Source: Octopus vulgaris
Taxonomy: Eukaryota
Assembly (NCBI GenBank): GCA_951406725.2
Contig: OX597826.1
Span: forward strand, 9,610,001 to 9,674,000
Reading direction: 5' to 3'
DNA: 64,000 nucleotides
Part shown: in pieces, positions 1-12,537 of the stretch
Layout of the letters: each line of letters begins with the position of its first letter
How positions within the stretch are numbered: position 1 is the stretch's first letter
The notes under the pieces: generated by a model
What the model was told of the DNA's origin: nothing
The model's database searches: none
What the model saw: the letters and a program-made list of their open reading frames with translations, nothing else
Translations under genes and position numbers: made by a program

Positions 1-180
1 TTGTACTACTTTTATCTTGTACTACTACCAACTTGCAACAACCACAGTATGTGCCATGCCTGTACTACTGCCATCAGTACTAAGAATGCATCGCCACACA
101 CATCAATAACATTAGGCTTAACAGACCAAAGCTACTACGTAAACAAAAACAACAACAATGACAACGACAAAGTACCATCT

Positions 181-375
181 ATGGTCGCTGGACCTATATT
201 GCTAGAAATAGCAACTAAATCTCCCTCATGTCATACCTACCATCTTAAAAAAAAAAAGAAAGTAGCAAGAAAGACACATAGAACGGTGTGGTTCTAGATT
301 CCCCTGAAAAATTTGTGTTGGTCATGGCTGGAATGCCTTTAGTTAGCCTGATCAGAACAGATTCAAGGGTAAGCA
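181..375 (+). mobile_element. Old dispersed SINE-like repeat (family D: GCTAGAAATAGCAGCCAAATCTCCCTC...GGTCATGGCTGGAATGCCTTT), representative copy
   Basis: The same motifs recur, degraded, near 410-460, 720-915, 980-1165, 10300-10700 (-), 35795-35980, 38770-39960 (-), 44410-44600, 45120-45220 and 53240-53690 (-). Confidence 0.6.
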
Positions 376-1175
376 ACCTCAGTAACTATAATAAGCCAAC
401 AAGGAAGTCTGTACATAGTCACGTGGCTTGCTAAAAATAGCAGCCAAATTTCCTACAAATTATCTTTTATTTGTTTAAGTCATTAGACTGTGGCCATGCT
501 GGGGCACTACCTTGAAGAATTTTTTAGTCAAACTTATCAACCTCAGTCCCCTTTTCTTTTTTGTAAAGCCTAGTACTTATTCTATTGGTCTCTTTTGCTC
601 TTTTGCCAAACTGCTAAGTTACAGGGATGTAAACACATATTCTTGGTTAGAGGTTAGCAGGATCTGGCTAACTTGGGATTAAATGTGAACAAATATCATG
701 AGTTAAAGAGAATGGCTTGCAGGTGGTTGCTCGCCCAGCTAGAAATAGTAGCCAAATTTCCCTTAAATCATATTTTGATGTCTTAAATAAAGTAGTGTAT
801 ATTGAGTAATGTAGTCCTAAGTATATTGTCTCTGAAAATGAGATTAATGGTCATAGTTGGAATGCTTTTAACCATAGATCAGCTTGGACTGGCAGACCTG
901 GACCTAGACGAGAAAAAGCATCATCATCATCATCGTCGTCATCATCAGTAATTGGTACTGTCAAATCAACAATAGAGCTTCGACCTGCTAGATATAGCAG
1001 CTATGTCCCCTTCAAATGAAACCTTCAGTAAGGGCAGGGTGGCGATGGATATATTTTTTGATGTAGTCCTGGAAAGAATCTCCTGAAATGACAGAATGGC
1101 CCTGGTTGGAGTGCCTTTGGACTTACTCATACAAAAATCAACCTGGGACTGAATAACATTAACAGCAGCCGTGTA

Positions 1176-1209
1176 ACACACACACACACACACACCACCA
1201 CCACCACCT

Positions 1210-1300
<91 letters not shown>

Positions 1301-1410
1301 CACCACCACTACTACCACTCACCCAACTGCCCCAACTAATACCACCACCACCACTACTACCACTCACCCAACTGCCCCAACTAATACCACCACCACCACC
1401 ACCACACCAT
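1176..1410. repeat. Compound microsatellite (CA)n-(CCA)n-(CTA)n with a ~46-bp internal tandem duplication
   Basis: Read directly. It accounts for the poly-Ser and poly-Val ORFs 966..1367 and 1127..1318. Confidence 0.95.
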
Positions 1411-1689
1411 CAAAGTCCCTATTACAACCCCTACAATTATTACTATCAACACATCGTCATTAGTATTACTACTACTACCACTACTACTATGATTAATTTT
1501 TTATTTTAATTTTATTCATTCAATAATTAATTGATCGTTTTTCAAGGTTGACTATTTGATACAGTTATCAATTATGACTACCTGTTAGTTGTAGCGTGAC
1601 AAAGGTGTTAGCTATGTCTATATATGTGTGCACGTGTGTGTGTGTGTATTGCTTTTTGTGTCTGAGGATATTTATAAATGAAAGAGGCA

Positions 1690-1720
<31 letters not shown>

Positions 1721-2798
1721 AGGCACGTGTGTGTGTGTGTTTGTCAGTAAGAGACATAAGCAGGGTGTGGTCAGAGAGAACCTGTGTTTGTATGCTTGTG
1801 TGTGTGTGTGTGTGTCTTAGAGAGAGTGAAATGTGGATGTGTGAGAAAAAGAAAGCGAGAATGTGTGTATGTGTACACACATGCATGTGTGTGTGTTTGC
1901 GTGTGTGTGTCCGTGTGCATTTGTATTTACACGATTGTTTTTCTATGTGACTACACAAAGTTTACAGCTGCCACATTTGTCCGTGGACACAGGACTACGG
2001 AATAATCTTTTATAGACACTTGCTAACATACATACAGCAACATCAAAACCAACAACACATTTTCACTCCACCTCACTCGCTCCTAAATACTTTGGTCTTG
2101 GTGAAGTGTTAGTTTGCTATTTTCTCATTCAAACAGCTTGTATGTCTGCAAACTAGCGTTCCAGGCGAATTGTCAGGTTCAGCCAACCATTTATTGAGCT
2201 AGGCCTTTGTAAAAATGCCTGTTTGCTTTTGTTCTTTCTTCTGTAACACTGTCTCTTGCCTCTCTCTACTTTATTGGCTGCTTTAATTTGTAATGTTTTA
2301 TCAGGAATATTGACCCACTACACTAACCAAGCATGCCTTCTAGTCTGAAAGGCCTGATAATGATACTAATACTAATAACAATATTAATAAGTATATTATT
2401 ATGTTGTCATCCACCCATAGACAAATGCTGTTGTAAAATCATTGTTGAACTCCCAGACTTCGAATTCCTCCTCGCCCCCTTCACTCTCACACCCAACCTA
2501 ATAGCAGCCATCCACTTCCGACCCTCACCTCTTCAAAGAGATTTGGCATGAATAAAAATCATTTTCCGTTATTTATTCTAACATGGCTTAATCTCAGAGA
2601 AATTCTTGTCTGATTTATCATCTCTGGGAAAGCCCTCGCAGGATTTTTCTTTCTTCCTTTTTCTTTTTCTTTTTTTTTTTTTTTCCTCTTTCACACGTTT
2701 ACTTTATATATTTTCAAAAAATTAATTCCGAGACTTTTTTCTTCATTAACCTAGTTAATTAACTGTTTGCTATCACTGCTGTGTTTTGAATTACCCAT

Positions 2799-2854
<56 letters not shown>

Positions 2855-3268
2855 CATACGTACATACATATATATAAATGGTATAAATGAACATTTATCA
2901 AGTAATGGAACACAGCACACACTGGATTTATATATATATATATATATAAATCCCTTGGGTGTTGGACAGATTAGTTTCTTGTGAATGTTGGCAGTGCTTT
3001 CGATTTCTATAGAATGACTTGAATTCTGTATTGAATGTAGAATTTTGTACTTCCTCTGGCTAAATGGGAGATTATATATATATATCATTTTACTTCTTTC
3101 AGTCATTAGACTGTGACCCTGTTGGGGCACTGCCTTGAAGAATCTTCAGTCAAATTAATTGACCTGACTACTTAGCCTAGCAGTCTCTTTTGCCAAACTG
3201 CTAAGTTACCAGTACTGAGGGACAAACACTGATACACACACACACACACACACACACAGACACATGTA

Positions 3269-3657
3269 TCTATATATATATAAATGGCAAAATGTCTGTG
3301 TGTGTGTGTATCCTTTATACAAATCTACAATTTTTCAGTTAGTGGGCTTGCACTTTCTATGGTCATTCAAAACCGTCCAAGGGTGGTCGTGCACATCTTT
3401 ACATTTCCCCAGTCACCCTGCAAAGCCATTAAAAAAATCAATAGAAGTGACTTTTTTGTGAATTTTCTATCCAAAACCCAATCAAAATGCCCGAAACTTG
3501 ATATGCCAGTTGAATGCCAGCTTGCTGTATGTGATTGATCGGAGATTTGGACAGTACTCGCATGTATGTGTGCATGCACACAGCTGTATATGCATGCACA
3601 CAGCTGTATATGCATGCACTAGCACTATGACCCAGCGTTGCCGGGTCATAGTGCTAG
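3269..3657 (+). mobile_element. Non-autonomous Helitron-like element nested in a family A SINE
   Basis: Starts A|TCTATATAT (TC at 3269) and ends CTAG|T (3654-3657). GC-containing hairpin at the 3' end (3618-3658). No TSD. The flanks are two halves of one minus-strand SINE. Confidence 0.7.
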
Positions 3658-4029
3658 TATATATATATATATATATATATGTGACAGACTTCTTTCAGTT
3701 TCCATCTACCAAATCCACTCACAAGGCTTTGATCGGCCCAAGGCTGTAGTAGAAGACATTTGTCCAATGTGCCATGCAATGGGATTGAACCTAGAACCAT
3801 GTGGTTGGGAAGCAAGCTTCTTACCACGCAGCCATGCCTAAACTTGTGTGTGTGAATTTCTAAGTATGCATATTTTGCACTATTGTGAATTGATAGTGCA
3901 CTTTTACATTTCTCACAGTTGACTGACTTCAAACTAAACCACATTAAGACTGAGGGAACAATACTACAGGTTCTGCCTAGTAAATATAAATACAGTAGTT
4001 TTCACATCTGTAATTTTTGGGTAAGAGGC

Positions 4030-4610
4030 CAGTCAATTAGATCAACCCCAGTACACATTTGGTGCTTAATTTATCAACCCCAAAAGAGTGAAAAGCAAAG
4101 TCGACCTTGGCAGAATTTGAACTAAGAACATAAAGACAGATGAAATACCACTAAGCATTTCGCCCAGCATGCTAACGTTTCTCATTTCTTTATTGCCCAC
4201 AAGGGGCTAAACATAGAGGGAGCAAACATAGAGGGAGCAAACAAGGACAGACAAAGGGATTAAGTCGATTACATCAACCCCAGTGCATAACTGGTACTTA
4301 ATTTATTGACCCTGAAAGGATGAAAGGCAAAGTCGACCTCGGCGGAATTTGAACTCAGAGCTTAACAGCAGACGAAATACCTATTTCATTACTACCCACA
4401 AGGGGCTAAACACAGAGAGAACAAACAAGGACAGCCAAATGGATTAAGTTGATTACATCGACCTCAATGCATAACTGGTACTTAGTTTATTGACCCCGAA
4501 AGGATGAAAGTCAACCTCGACGGAATTTGAACTCAGAACGTAACGGCAGACGAAATATTGCTAAGCATTTCACCTGGCGTGCTAATATTTCTACCAGCTT
4601 GCCACCTTCC
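4030..4610 (-). mobile_element. Tandem cluster of 3-4 family B SINE units (tRNA-like head, Meta-domain-like core)
   Basis: Repeated GAAAGGATGAAAGGCAAAGTCGACCTCGGCGGAATTTGAACTCAGAAC. The core GCCTTTCATCCTTTCGGGGTCGATAAATTAAGTACCAG resembles the MetaSINE/Sauria-SINE central domain. Confidence 0.85.
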
Positions 4611-5163
4611 TGCACATATGCAATATTGTGAGTTCAAAAGCTTCACTCAACAAAGATTATCTACACAACTATTTAACTCCATTTAAGTGTGTTTAAAATC
4701 TTAAAAAAGCAATAAAATCAGTTGATTTGAAATGTTGGACAATATAGGCAGTACATACTTGTGTAGACATGGCTTTTAAGGCCAACCAGCGAGAGCAACA
4801 GGAAGGTTTCAGTCTTATTAAACTTCCTCAGCGAAGTATATCCTAATCAGTTGGTGGCAAGGGTGATCGATATCTATTCATATGCATGTGTGTGTCTGTG
4901 TATGTATGTATGTATGTATGTTTGTATATATACATATTTATATCTGCATGTATGTGTATATATATTCTTTTATTTATTTCAGTTATTTGACTGCAGCCAT
5001 GCAGAAACACTGTTTTGAAGGGTTTTTTTAGTCAAACAAATCAACCACAGGATTTATTTTTTAAAGACTACTGCTTATTTTGTTGCTCTCTTTTGCTGAA
5101 CTGCTAGTTTACAGGGACAAACACAGACACAAAGACATCCACACACACACACACACACACACA

Positions 5164-5200
<37 letters not shown>

Positions 5201-5488
5201 CACACACACAGACACACACACATATATGATGGGCTTCTTTCAGTGTCCATCTATCAAATCCACTCATGAGGCTTTGGTTGGCCCAAGGCTATAGTATAAA
5301 CACCTGTCCAAAGTGCCACGCAATGGTACTGAACCCGGAACCATGTGGTTGGGAAGCAAGCTTCTTGCCTCTGCCTATATATACATATATTGTATAAAGG
5401 TTCATGGGTAAGGCCAGAACAATGCAAAGTAAAAGCAAAGCAATTCACAAGGAAACAAATATATGAACTAATGTAGACTTACCTTGCA

Positions 5489-5524
5489 TTCAATATTTCA
5501 GGGTTATGACCTGATCCTCAAGAA
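5489..5524 (-). ncRNA. Degenerate minimal hammerhead ribozyme motif in the Penelope 3' terminal region
   Basis: Minus strand TTC-TTGAGGA-tcaggtcataaccct-GAAA-TA-T-T-GAA. The core has C3>T, stem I is TTC/GAA and stem III is the palindromic ATAT. About 70 nt downstream of the ORF stop, in the same orientation. Confidence 0.5.
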
Positions 5525-6258
5525 ATTAATGAATCTTGCAGATGTGTGTGAGTGTGAGTGTGTGGAGTGGACATGTGCAGAAAGTTGTTGCTATGGCAAC
5601 CAGCTAGCTTCCCGTAACTCTCTTCTTTTGTTGATGGTTGATTTCCTTTGGTGTATGAGGGTGGCCACGGGGATTCTTAGGTTGCCCCTGTTGCGCTGTG
5701 TTGCTCAGATGTGCACTGTGAATTCCCGGGTCTGGCATTTCCGTAGATGTTTCTTCATGGAAGTGTCTGCCTGCATATGTTCCTTAATGCGTGCATGCAG
5801 TTTTCTTGTTGTGCACCCTATGTAGGATGCACCACATTTGCCACAGATGATCTCATATACAACATAGGTCCTCTAGCACATTTCAGGGTCATTGATGGGG
5901 CTGTTTGATAACATGCACTCCTAAGAGTAGTGAAAGGTGTTGTTTGTGGACAGAGCTTTTCTCAGGGGTGAGCCAGTGTGCACTATCTGTATGTCAAGTC
6001 CTTCCCTGCAGACTGCATGTTGTATCATTACAGTAGTTCTGTCATCAAAATGTGGTAGCTTTCGGAAGCACCTGCTGGACTTGGGAGTATGAGGGTTCTT
6101 CCGGGGTTTATTGACCCTGGTGTTCATTATGCGCTGTTGTTTGGCTAAAGATGGTGGGTAGCCAATCAGGGTTAGGTCTTTGAGGAACTGCTTGGTGTTG
6201 ACGGCTTTGTTGGTCACTTCGCTGCAATTGTTGTTTATATGTGCAATCTCGTTTCTCA

Positions 6259-6420
6259 CACTCTCGGAGTGGTTGGCGTTAGGAAGGGCATCCAGCTGTA
6301 GAAACTCTGCTAAATCAAGACTGGAGCCTGGTGCAACCATATGGTTCGTCAGCCCTTAGTCAAAATCGTCCAACCCATGCTAGCATGGAAAGCGGACGTT
6401 AAACGATGATGATGATGATG
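6259..6420 (+). mobile_element. 5'-truncated RTE LINE 3' end inserted in the Penelope ORF
   Basis: Matches the RTE 3' UTR at 23301-23470 and has a (GAT)n tail. 20-bp TSD ATGTGCAATCT(C/T)GTTTCTCA at 6239-6258 and 6421-6440. Confidence 0.9.
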
Positions 6421-7858
6421 ATGTGCAATCTTGTTTCTCATGTATGCAGCTTTGACTCTGGTGGGTAAGGCTGATTGGTAGTGGATGAAAAGTTTTTTGC
6501 TAGCAGCTTTTCTGGTAAATATGGAGCCTTCCTCTGTGATCCTGAGTTGAAAGTTGACTGGAGAGAGAGTTCCAGATTCGTCTGGATGTTCAATCACAAA
6601 TTTGACATTTATGTCCATGTTATTGAAGGTCCGGTGTATGTTAATGGTCTCATCCCTGAAGACATGATGATAAGGATGTCATCAACATACCTGGAGAAGA
6701 AGATGCATGAGCGGCAGGTGTTCAGTGCTGTACGTGATGGCCAGCAGGCCTGGAAGGCTAGATCCCATAGGTAGGGTAGAAGTCTGTTTGTAAATCACAC
6801 TGTTAGATTGAAAATAGGTGTGTCTGAGGTGTGAGGCTGGAGATTGATGGAGGTGGGAGAAGATGAAGGGGGGAAATGCAGAAGAGGAGGTTGCAGGGGA
6901 GGGAGGAAAAGATTAGGAAGGAGGTGGAGGAAGAAGATGTGGGGGAGATAAGGAAGTGATGTGGTCTATGAGGATATCGTCGGCTGAGAGAGCGGGTACA
7001 AAGATGTAGAGGGAAACTACGTCTAAACTAAAAGGGTATTTATTAGTTTTAAGAATGGAGGGGGTTGATATTTTTGAGTCTTGTGAAGATTTCGTGGGAG
7101 CTGCTGACGTGTCCAGGGAATGCGTGTAGTAAGGGCTTAAGGAGTTTAGAGAGAAGCCAAGAAATCTTATAGAAAGGGCCATTAATTCTTGATACACTGG
7201 GTCTGATTTTAAGCTTAAGTCCGGGTTTGTGGGTTTTTATTAAATGATAGAAGGATGGAAGGGTGGTGTTTTTAGATGTGTAGTTCAGTCTAGTGTTCTG
7301 GGAGAGTTTCCTTTGGTGACAGATGTTGCTCCAGCTGGTGTTGATGGTAGACTCCAGTTGGTGAGGTGTGATGTTGTGAACCTTTTCATATAGTGTGGTT
7401 TCACTGAGGTCTTCGATAGCTAGTTTGTTGTAGGTGGGTTTGTCTATAATGCAAAATTCTTTCCTTTTGTCTGAAGGTAGGTAGATGGAGGTGGAAATAG
7501 CACAGAAGTAAGTCTAAGACATTTCAATTTAAGAGGGAATTTAATAAAAATGATTTTTAAAAATTATTATATAAAGAAAATATTACCAGTTTTAATGAAT
7601 CCCATCTTATCAAATATCAGTAAAAATTTATAAAAATTTGTAGTAAAAACAGTTTATCTTCTGTCTGGGGGGTCAAGAACATGTCTGGAGATTTTTCATT
7701 GAAGTCTTCTTTAAATATAGCTTGGTATAGAGTTCAAAGTGTTGAAGAGTGTCTATTGTCTAAAAGAAATCTTTGTGTGTTCCTGCCAAGGGAGTGGCTA
7801 AAAAGCATTTTTTGAATGGGTTTTATGTCCACCTGTGTGTGTCTGTGTATTGTGTTGA

Positions 7859-8105
7859 ATGTCCAATCTCACCTGCAACATGGAAAACCTGATCTATGTA
7901 ATCACATACAATGGTTGCCAACATAATTACATAGGTCAGACAGGTGAATCATTATGCAAAAGAATGACAACCCATCACCAACAGATCCAAGACAAAAGCA
8001 CAAGGAAAATTCCTTTAAGCAGTCACATTGCAACCTGTGTAGGAATGTTCTCAGCAAATTTCAAAATATTTTGCCTCTACAAGTGCTCAGATTCCAATCC
8101 GATTC
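7859..8105 (+). mobile_element. GIY-YIG endonuclease fragment of a second Penelope-like family (Neptune-type appearance)
   Basis: SNLTCNMENLIYVITYNGCQHNYIGQTGESLCKRMTTHHQQI...IPLSSHIATC. Homologous to the minus-strand fragment at 20870-21110 (IPLSSHIDTC). Confidence 0.85.
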
Positions 8106-8129
8106 ATGTTAATCTCTGCATATGTAATT

Positions 8130-8164
<35 letters not shown>

Positions 8165-8749
8165 AAGAGAGTGGGTGAGAGAGAGAGAGTAGAGACAGAA
8201 TGTCTTGACACTGATTACGTGTCAAGACATTATGTGTCAAAACAATATGGGGAGGATGAAAACATCTTAGAGAATTTGTTTTACATACGAAACACATATA
8301 GAATAGGATGCTACATGTGTAATACAATGAGTTGAAAAATTTGACCAACTGAAATTATCCAAGCAATTAGTAGGCAGAAACTCACTCTAGTGGTGGTTAA
8401 AATCTTAAAAAACAACAAACAAAAGAAATAATACACTCCTGCAGTTTACTGAAGGATCCAATGATTGCAACAGAAGAAGCAGCATACATTGGTATTCTCT
8501 AAGATGATGTAACAACTAATATTTCCAGTAAAATTTCTGTGAGGAATTTTCCCTGTAAAGGACGCTATCAATACATTGATATTTAATCCATCTCACAACA
8601 CACAACTCTTCTTTATTTTCATTTTCAACCTGATTCCTGCTGATCTCTAATCTACCAATTCTAGTGAAAATCTTTAGATGGGGTTACTTCATATTCTTTT
8701 ACACTGACCAGTGTTTTTTTTAATTCTATGAATTGATGGGACAATGATT

Positions 8750-8905
8750 TGGGATACTATGGGTCTGATTTTAAGCTTAGGTCCAGGTTTGTGGGTTTTT
8801 ATTAAATGACAGAAGGATTGAAGGGTGGTGTTTTTAGATGTGTAGTTCAATCTAGTCTTCTTGGAAAGTTTCCTTTGGTGACAAATGTTGCTCCAGCTGG
8901 TGTAG
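8750..8905 (-). mobile_element. Second fragment of the Penelope RT region (similar to 7190-7345)
   Basis: Close nucleotide match to 7190-7345. Translates to HLIKTHKPGPKLKIRPIVS. Confidence 0.85.
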
Positions 8906-10721
8906 ATTGTGTTTTTTTCTCTGTTGGGTGAGGTGATCTGAGATAGGGCAGAGTTTGCTGTTTTTAAGGAGTTGATTTTGGCTTAAAGAATTGAGCTGGT
9001 TACATGAAGCCAATTGTACTGAATAAGTATAAACATCTTTATTCTAGAAAGCATAAAAACAAAAGCTGGGAATAATTATATGGTTATCAAAAAATATTAA
9101 TCATTGGTTTATATTTTTTCTATTGATTTCTATTTTTGTTTTGTTTTTTTTTTGGAAAGTATGGGAGATAAATCTAGATAAGTTTCTGTTTAATTAAAAC
9201 CTTATCTGCTGAAGTAGTGTGGGAAGAATCATTCTGTAAAGATACAAGAATGTGTACAGGCAAATGTAAAAAAAAAAAAAGTAGTTGATGAGGTCAAAAT
9301 AAAGTTCAAAACTATCCAGAATTATCTCTCTTCCTTACTGAAACTATATTATTTCGTATCTCATTGTGTAATTATTTCTATTTAGCTTTTGAATACTCTC
9401 TACATTAAATATGTTAATACTAACTTAACTGTTGTTTTTCATGTGAATGGCTTCACTGAATAATTTATTTTCTAAACAATTGTTATTTAGTTTAAATTGT
9501 TTTTGACAAATTTACTTTCTGAAAAGATATTTATAGAGACAGTGCAAGATGAAGAGAGAGAGTAAAGTGGAATGTTCTGGAGAGGAAGATTTAGCGAAAG
9601 CATTTACGAGACAGTCAAAGTAGTGAGTTAAAGAAGAGACTGGAATTGAGAGAGAGAGAGAGAGAGAGAAAGAGAAGGAAGTGGGATGGGGTGGGGAGAA
9701 GTAGAACTGCTACATTCAAGTGAAACAGCATATAAAAGGCAAATTCAATATAACAAGAAGTCTGGTTTTAATATTATGACAGTAGCTGATAGAAGAAAGG
9801 ACACTTTGACACTTGGTTAGATATTAAAAGCAATTCTATAAAAAAAATTACATTGCTATATTCTGTATTATATTAACCCTTTCATCGACAAATTTCTAAT
9901 GAAATACATGATGATGTGTTTCAATTAATATTTTTGTAAATAATCAAGAATTTGGATGAGTTTAATAAATAAACAATCTTCTCCGTTATTAAGCTGGAGT
10001 TTGGTGAGCAATTTAACAAAAGGTTCCTCCATAAAATTATGATTGGAAGGTTTTAATGTAGATATAAACTCTTTAAAACTGGAAATTTTGTATCACAAAG
10101 CAAGGATCAATTTAAAGGCAGAATAGTAATTAAATGGGTTTAAGGGAACTTGGATAAGCAAATCAATAAGGATGTCAGGAAGTCAAACAATAAGTCAATG
10201 GTTTACATCTTGGCCCTGGAACTCTATTGTGCCAGTATCCAGGGTACTTAGAATTCAGGTTTCAAGACCACTGAGTTCTATCTAAATTGTTGATGTTTAT
10301 AGTACCATTCAGTCTTGATCAAGCAGACCCATGGTCAAAGGCATTCCAGCCTTGACCATCTCACCTTTTATTTAGATTCAGTTATCTAGGATTATATTAT
10401 CCAATGTGACCTCACGTATCATTGTACAGTGTGACTTGAGGAAGATTTGGCTACTATTTCTAGCAGGTTTAACAACAATATACAGGTTTCTTGATCGCCC
10501 AGGACTTGTGATCAGAGATGATGAAATTTGTTGTTGTTATTCTGTTGCTTAAATCCACTTTAATGAAGCAGATCTGTGATCAAAATCCATCTCTGCTTTT
10601 ATTCAGACATGGTAATATACAGGACTACAAGTATCTCATATATCCTTCATTTTCTAAGATCATAGAGTAGTATTTGTGAGAGATTTTGGCTACTATTTCT
10701 AGTTTGAGTGCTCATGTAGAG

Positions 10722-11348
10722 CAGTGGTCCACATGGCCCTTAGGGGTTCGTATAAGATTTTGTTAAAATTTATCTGCAATAAATCGATTATACTTCTACA
10801 ATATACAAAATATTTAAACTAACTAGACGTATGAGTGGCTGTGTGGTAAGTGGCTTGCTTACCAACCATATGGTTCCAGGTTCAGTCCCACTACATGGCA
10901 CCTTGGGCAAGTGTCTTCTACTATAGCCTCAGGCCAACCAAAGCCTTGTGAGTGGATTTAGTAGATGGAAACTGAAAGAAGCCTGTTGTAAATATGTATA
11001 TATGTGTGTTTGTGTGTCTGTGTTTGTCCCCCCAACATCACTTGACAACTGGTGCTGGTGTGTTTACGTCCCCGTAACTTAGTGGTTTGGCAAAAGAGAC
11101 CGATAGAATAAGTACTAGGTTTACAAAGAATAAGTCCTGGGGTCGATTGTCTCGACTAAAGGTGGTGCTCCAGCATGGCCACAGTCACATGACTGAAACA
11201 AGTAAAAGAGTAACTTTTTATACAATTCTTATAGTATTTAATAATAAAAACACAATAGGATTTTTTTAAATATTAAACAGCTAGGAGGGTCCATCTGAGT
11301 AAAACAGAATCATAGGGGTCCATAGCTCAGAAATGAATGAGAACCACT
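10722..11348. mobile_element. hAT/Charlie-like MITE interrupted by a family A SINE
   Basis: Ends CAGTGGT... and ...TGAGAACCACT, with subterminal GGGGTCCA motifs. A related left end lies at 62559-62620. Confidence 0.55.
10825..11210 (+). mobile_element. Family A tRNA-derived SINE, full length
   Basis: A/B-box-like head (GTGGCTGTGTGGTAAG...GGTTCAGTCCC), CORE-like CCTTGGGCAAGT, internal (TA/TG)n, tail GACTGAAACAAGTAAAAGAG. Confidence 0.9.
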
Positions 11349-11722
11349 CCGCCGAGGTCGACTTTGCCTTTCATCCTTTCAGGGTCGATAAATTAAGTAC
11401 CAGTTACGTATTGGGGTCGATGTAATTGACTTAATCCGTTTGTCTGTCCTTGTTTGTCCCCTCTGTGTTTAGCCCCTTGTGGGTAGTAAAGAAATAGATA
11501 TAGAGGCTTCCTCAGTAGCTTATATAAATTTATTGCTGTAAAGAGCAGCTGGAGTGAGATGTGAGTTTGTAGTGTCTAATTCAGGTCCTCCTAAAGAAAA
11601 AAGGCCACGTGATAATTAATCAGGAACTAGAGTGTGATGTAAGAGATTTAGTTGCTGTTTCTAGCAAGTTATGTGATCACATAGAGGCTCCCTTGACTCA
11701 TTGATTGATTAATTGCTTCACT

Positions 11723-11753
<31 letters not shown>

Positions 11754-12133
11754 ATGATATTTTATCTTTCATCACATCAAAGTAATAAACTGTTAACTTG
11801 AGACTGACAGCAAGCCTCGTGTCTTTCACACACTTGTCTTACACCTTTCTTTATAATTTTAAAGCAAGCTGACACTTTTGTCTATAAACTAAAAATAGTG
11901 CTGAAGGAGACGATATTCTTTGAAGGTAGGATTTTCAACAGAACTGAGTGTGTGGGTGATTTTGCAATGTAGTAGCTTCTGATTCCTGAGTTCAAATTGA
12001 TGCTACCATTAGATTAATCAACCCCATGATGACTGAATCAATGAGGGAGCCACTACACGGTCATTTGTCATGCTACAGGTAGCAACCAAATAACCAACGA
12101 ATCAAACCTATTGTCTTAGAAAAGAGATGTCAT

Positions 12134-12305
12134 AGGCGCAGGAGTCGCTGCATGGTAAGTAGCTTGCTTACCAACCACATGGTTCTGGGTTCAGTCCCAC
12201 TGTGTGGCACCTTGGGCAAGTGTCTTTTACTATAGCCTCAGGTCAACATAAGCCTTGTGAGTCGATTTGGTAGACGAAAACTGAAAGAAGCCCATCATAT
12301 ATATG

Positions 12306-12336
<31 letters not shown>

Positions 12337-12537
12337 TTGTCCCCCCAACATCACTTGACAACCAATGCTGGTGTGTTTACATCCCCGTAACTTAGCAGTT
12401 CGGCAAAAGAGACTGATAGAATAAGTACTAGGCTTACAAAGAATAAGTCCTGGGGTCAATTTGCTCAATCGACTAAAGGCGGTGCTCCAGCATGGCTGCA
12501 GTCAAATGACTGAAACAAGTAAAAGAGTAAAGAGAGA
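12134..12537 (+). mobile_element. Family A SINE, full length
   Basis: Collinear with 10825-11210 and 14675-15085. Confidence 0.92.

Larger units (their letters stand above)
5470..7490 (-). mobile_element. Decayed Penelope-like retroelement (RT plus C-terminal GIY-YIG endonuclease)
   Basis: Minus-strand motifs in order: PSDK (~7470), IKTHKP..KL.IRP (~7200-7240), FSLDVVSLY (~7030), YKQ..LPMGS (~6770), FSRYVDDIL (~6690), VVYEIICGKCGASYIGCTTRKLHARIKEH (~5780-5865). Frameshifts and stops throughout. Confidence 0.92.

Noticed and set aside
966-2005. Poly-Ser, poly-Val and CVCV/ERER ORFs
   Set aside because: Translations of (CTA)n, (TG)n and (GA)n microsatellites. The same applies to the YIYI/HTHT ORFs across the window.
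4030-4610. Regularly spaced repeats resembling a CRISPR array
   Set aside because: Units are ~150-200-bp SINE copies without unique spacers, there are no cas genes, and the context is eukaryotic.
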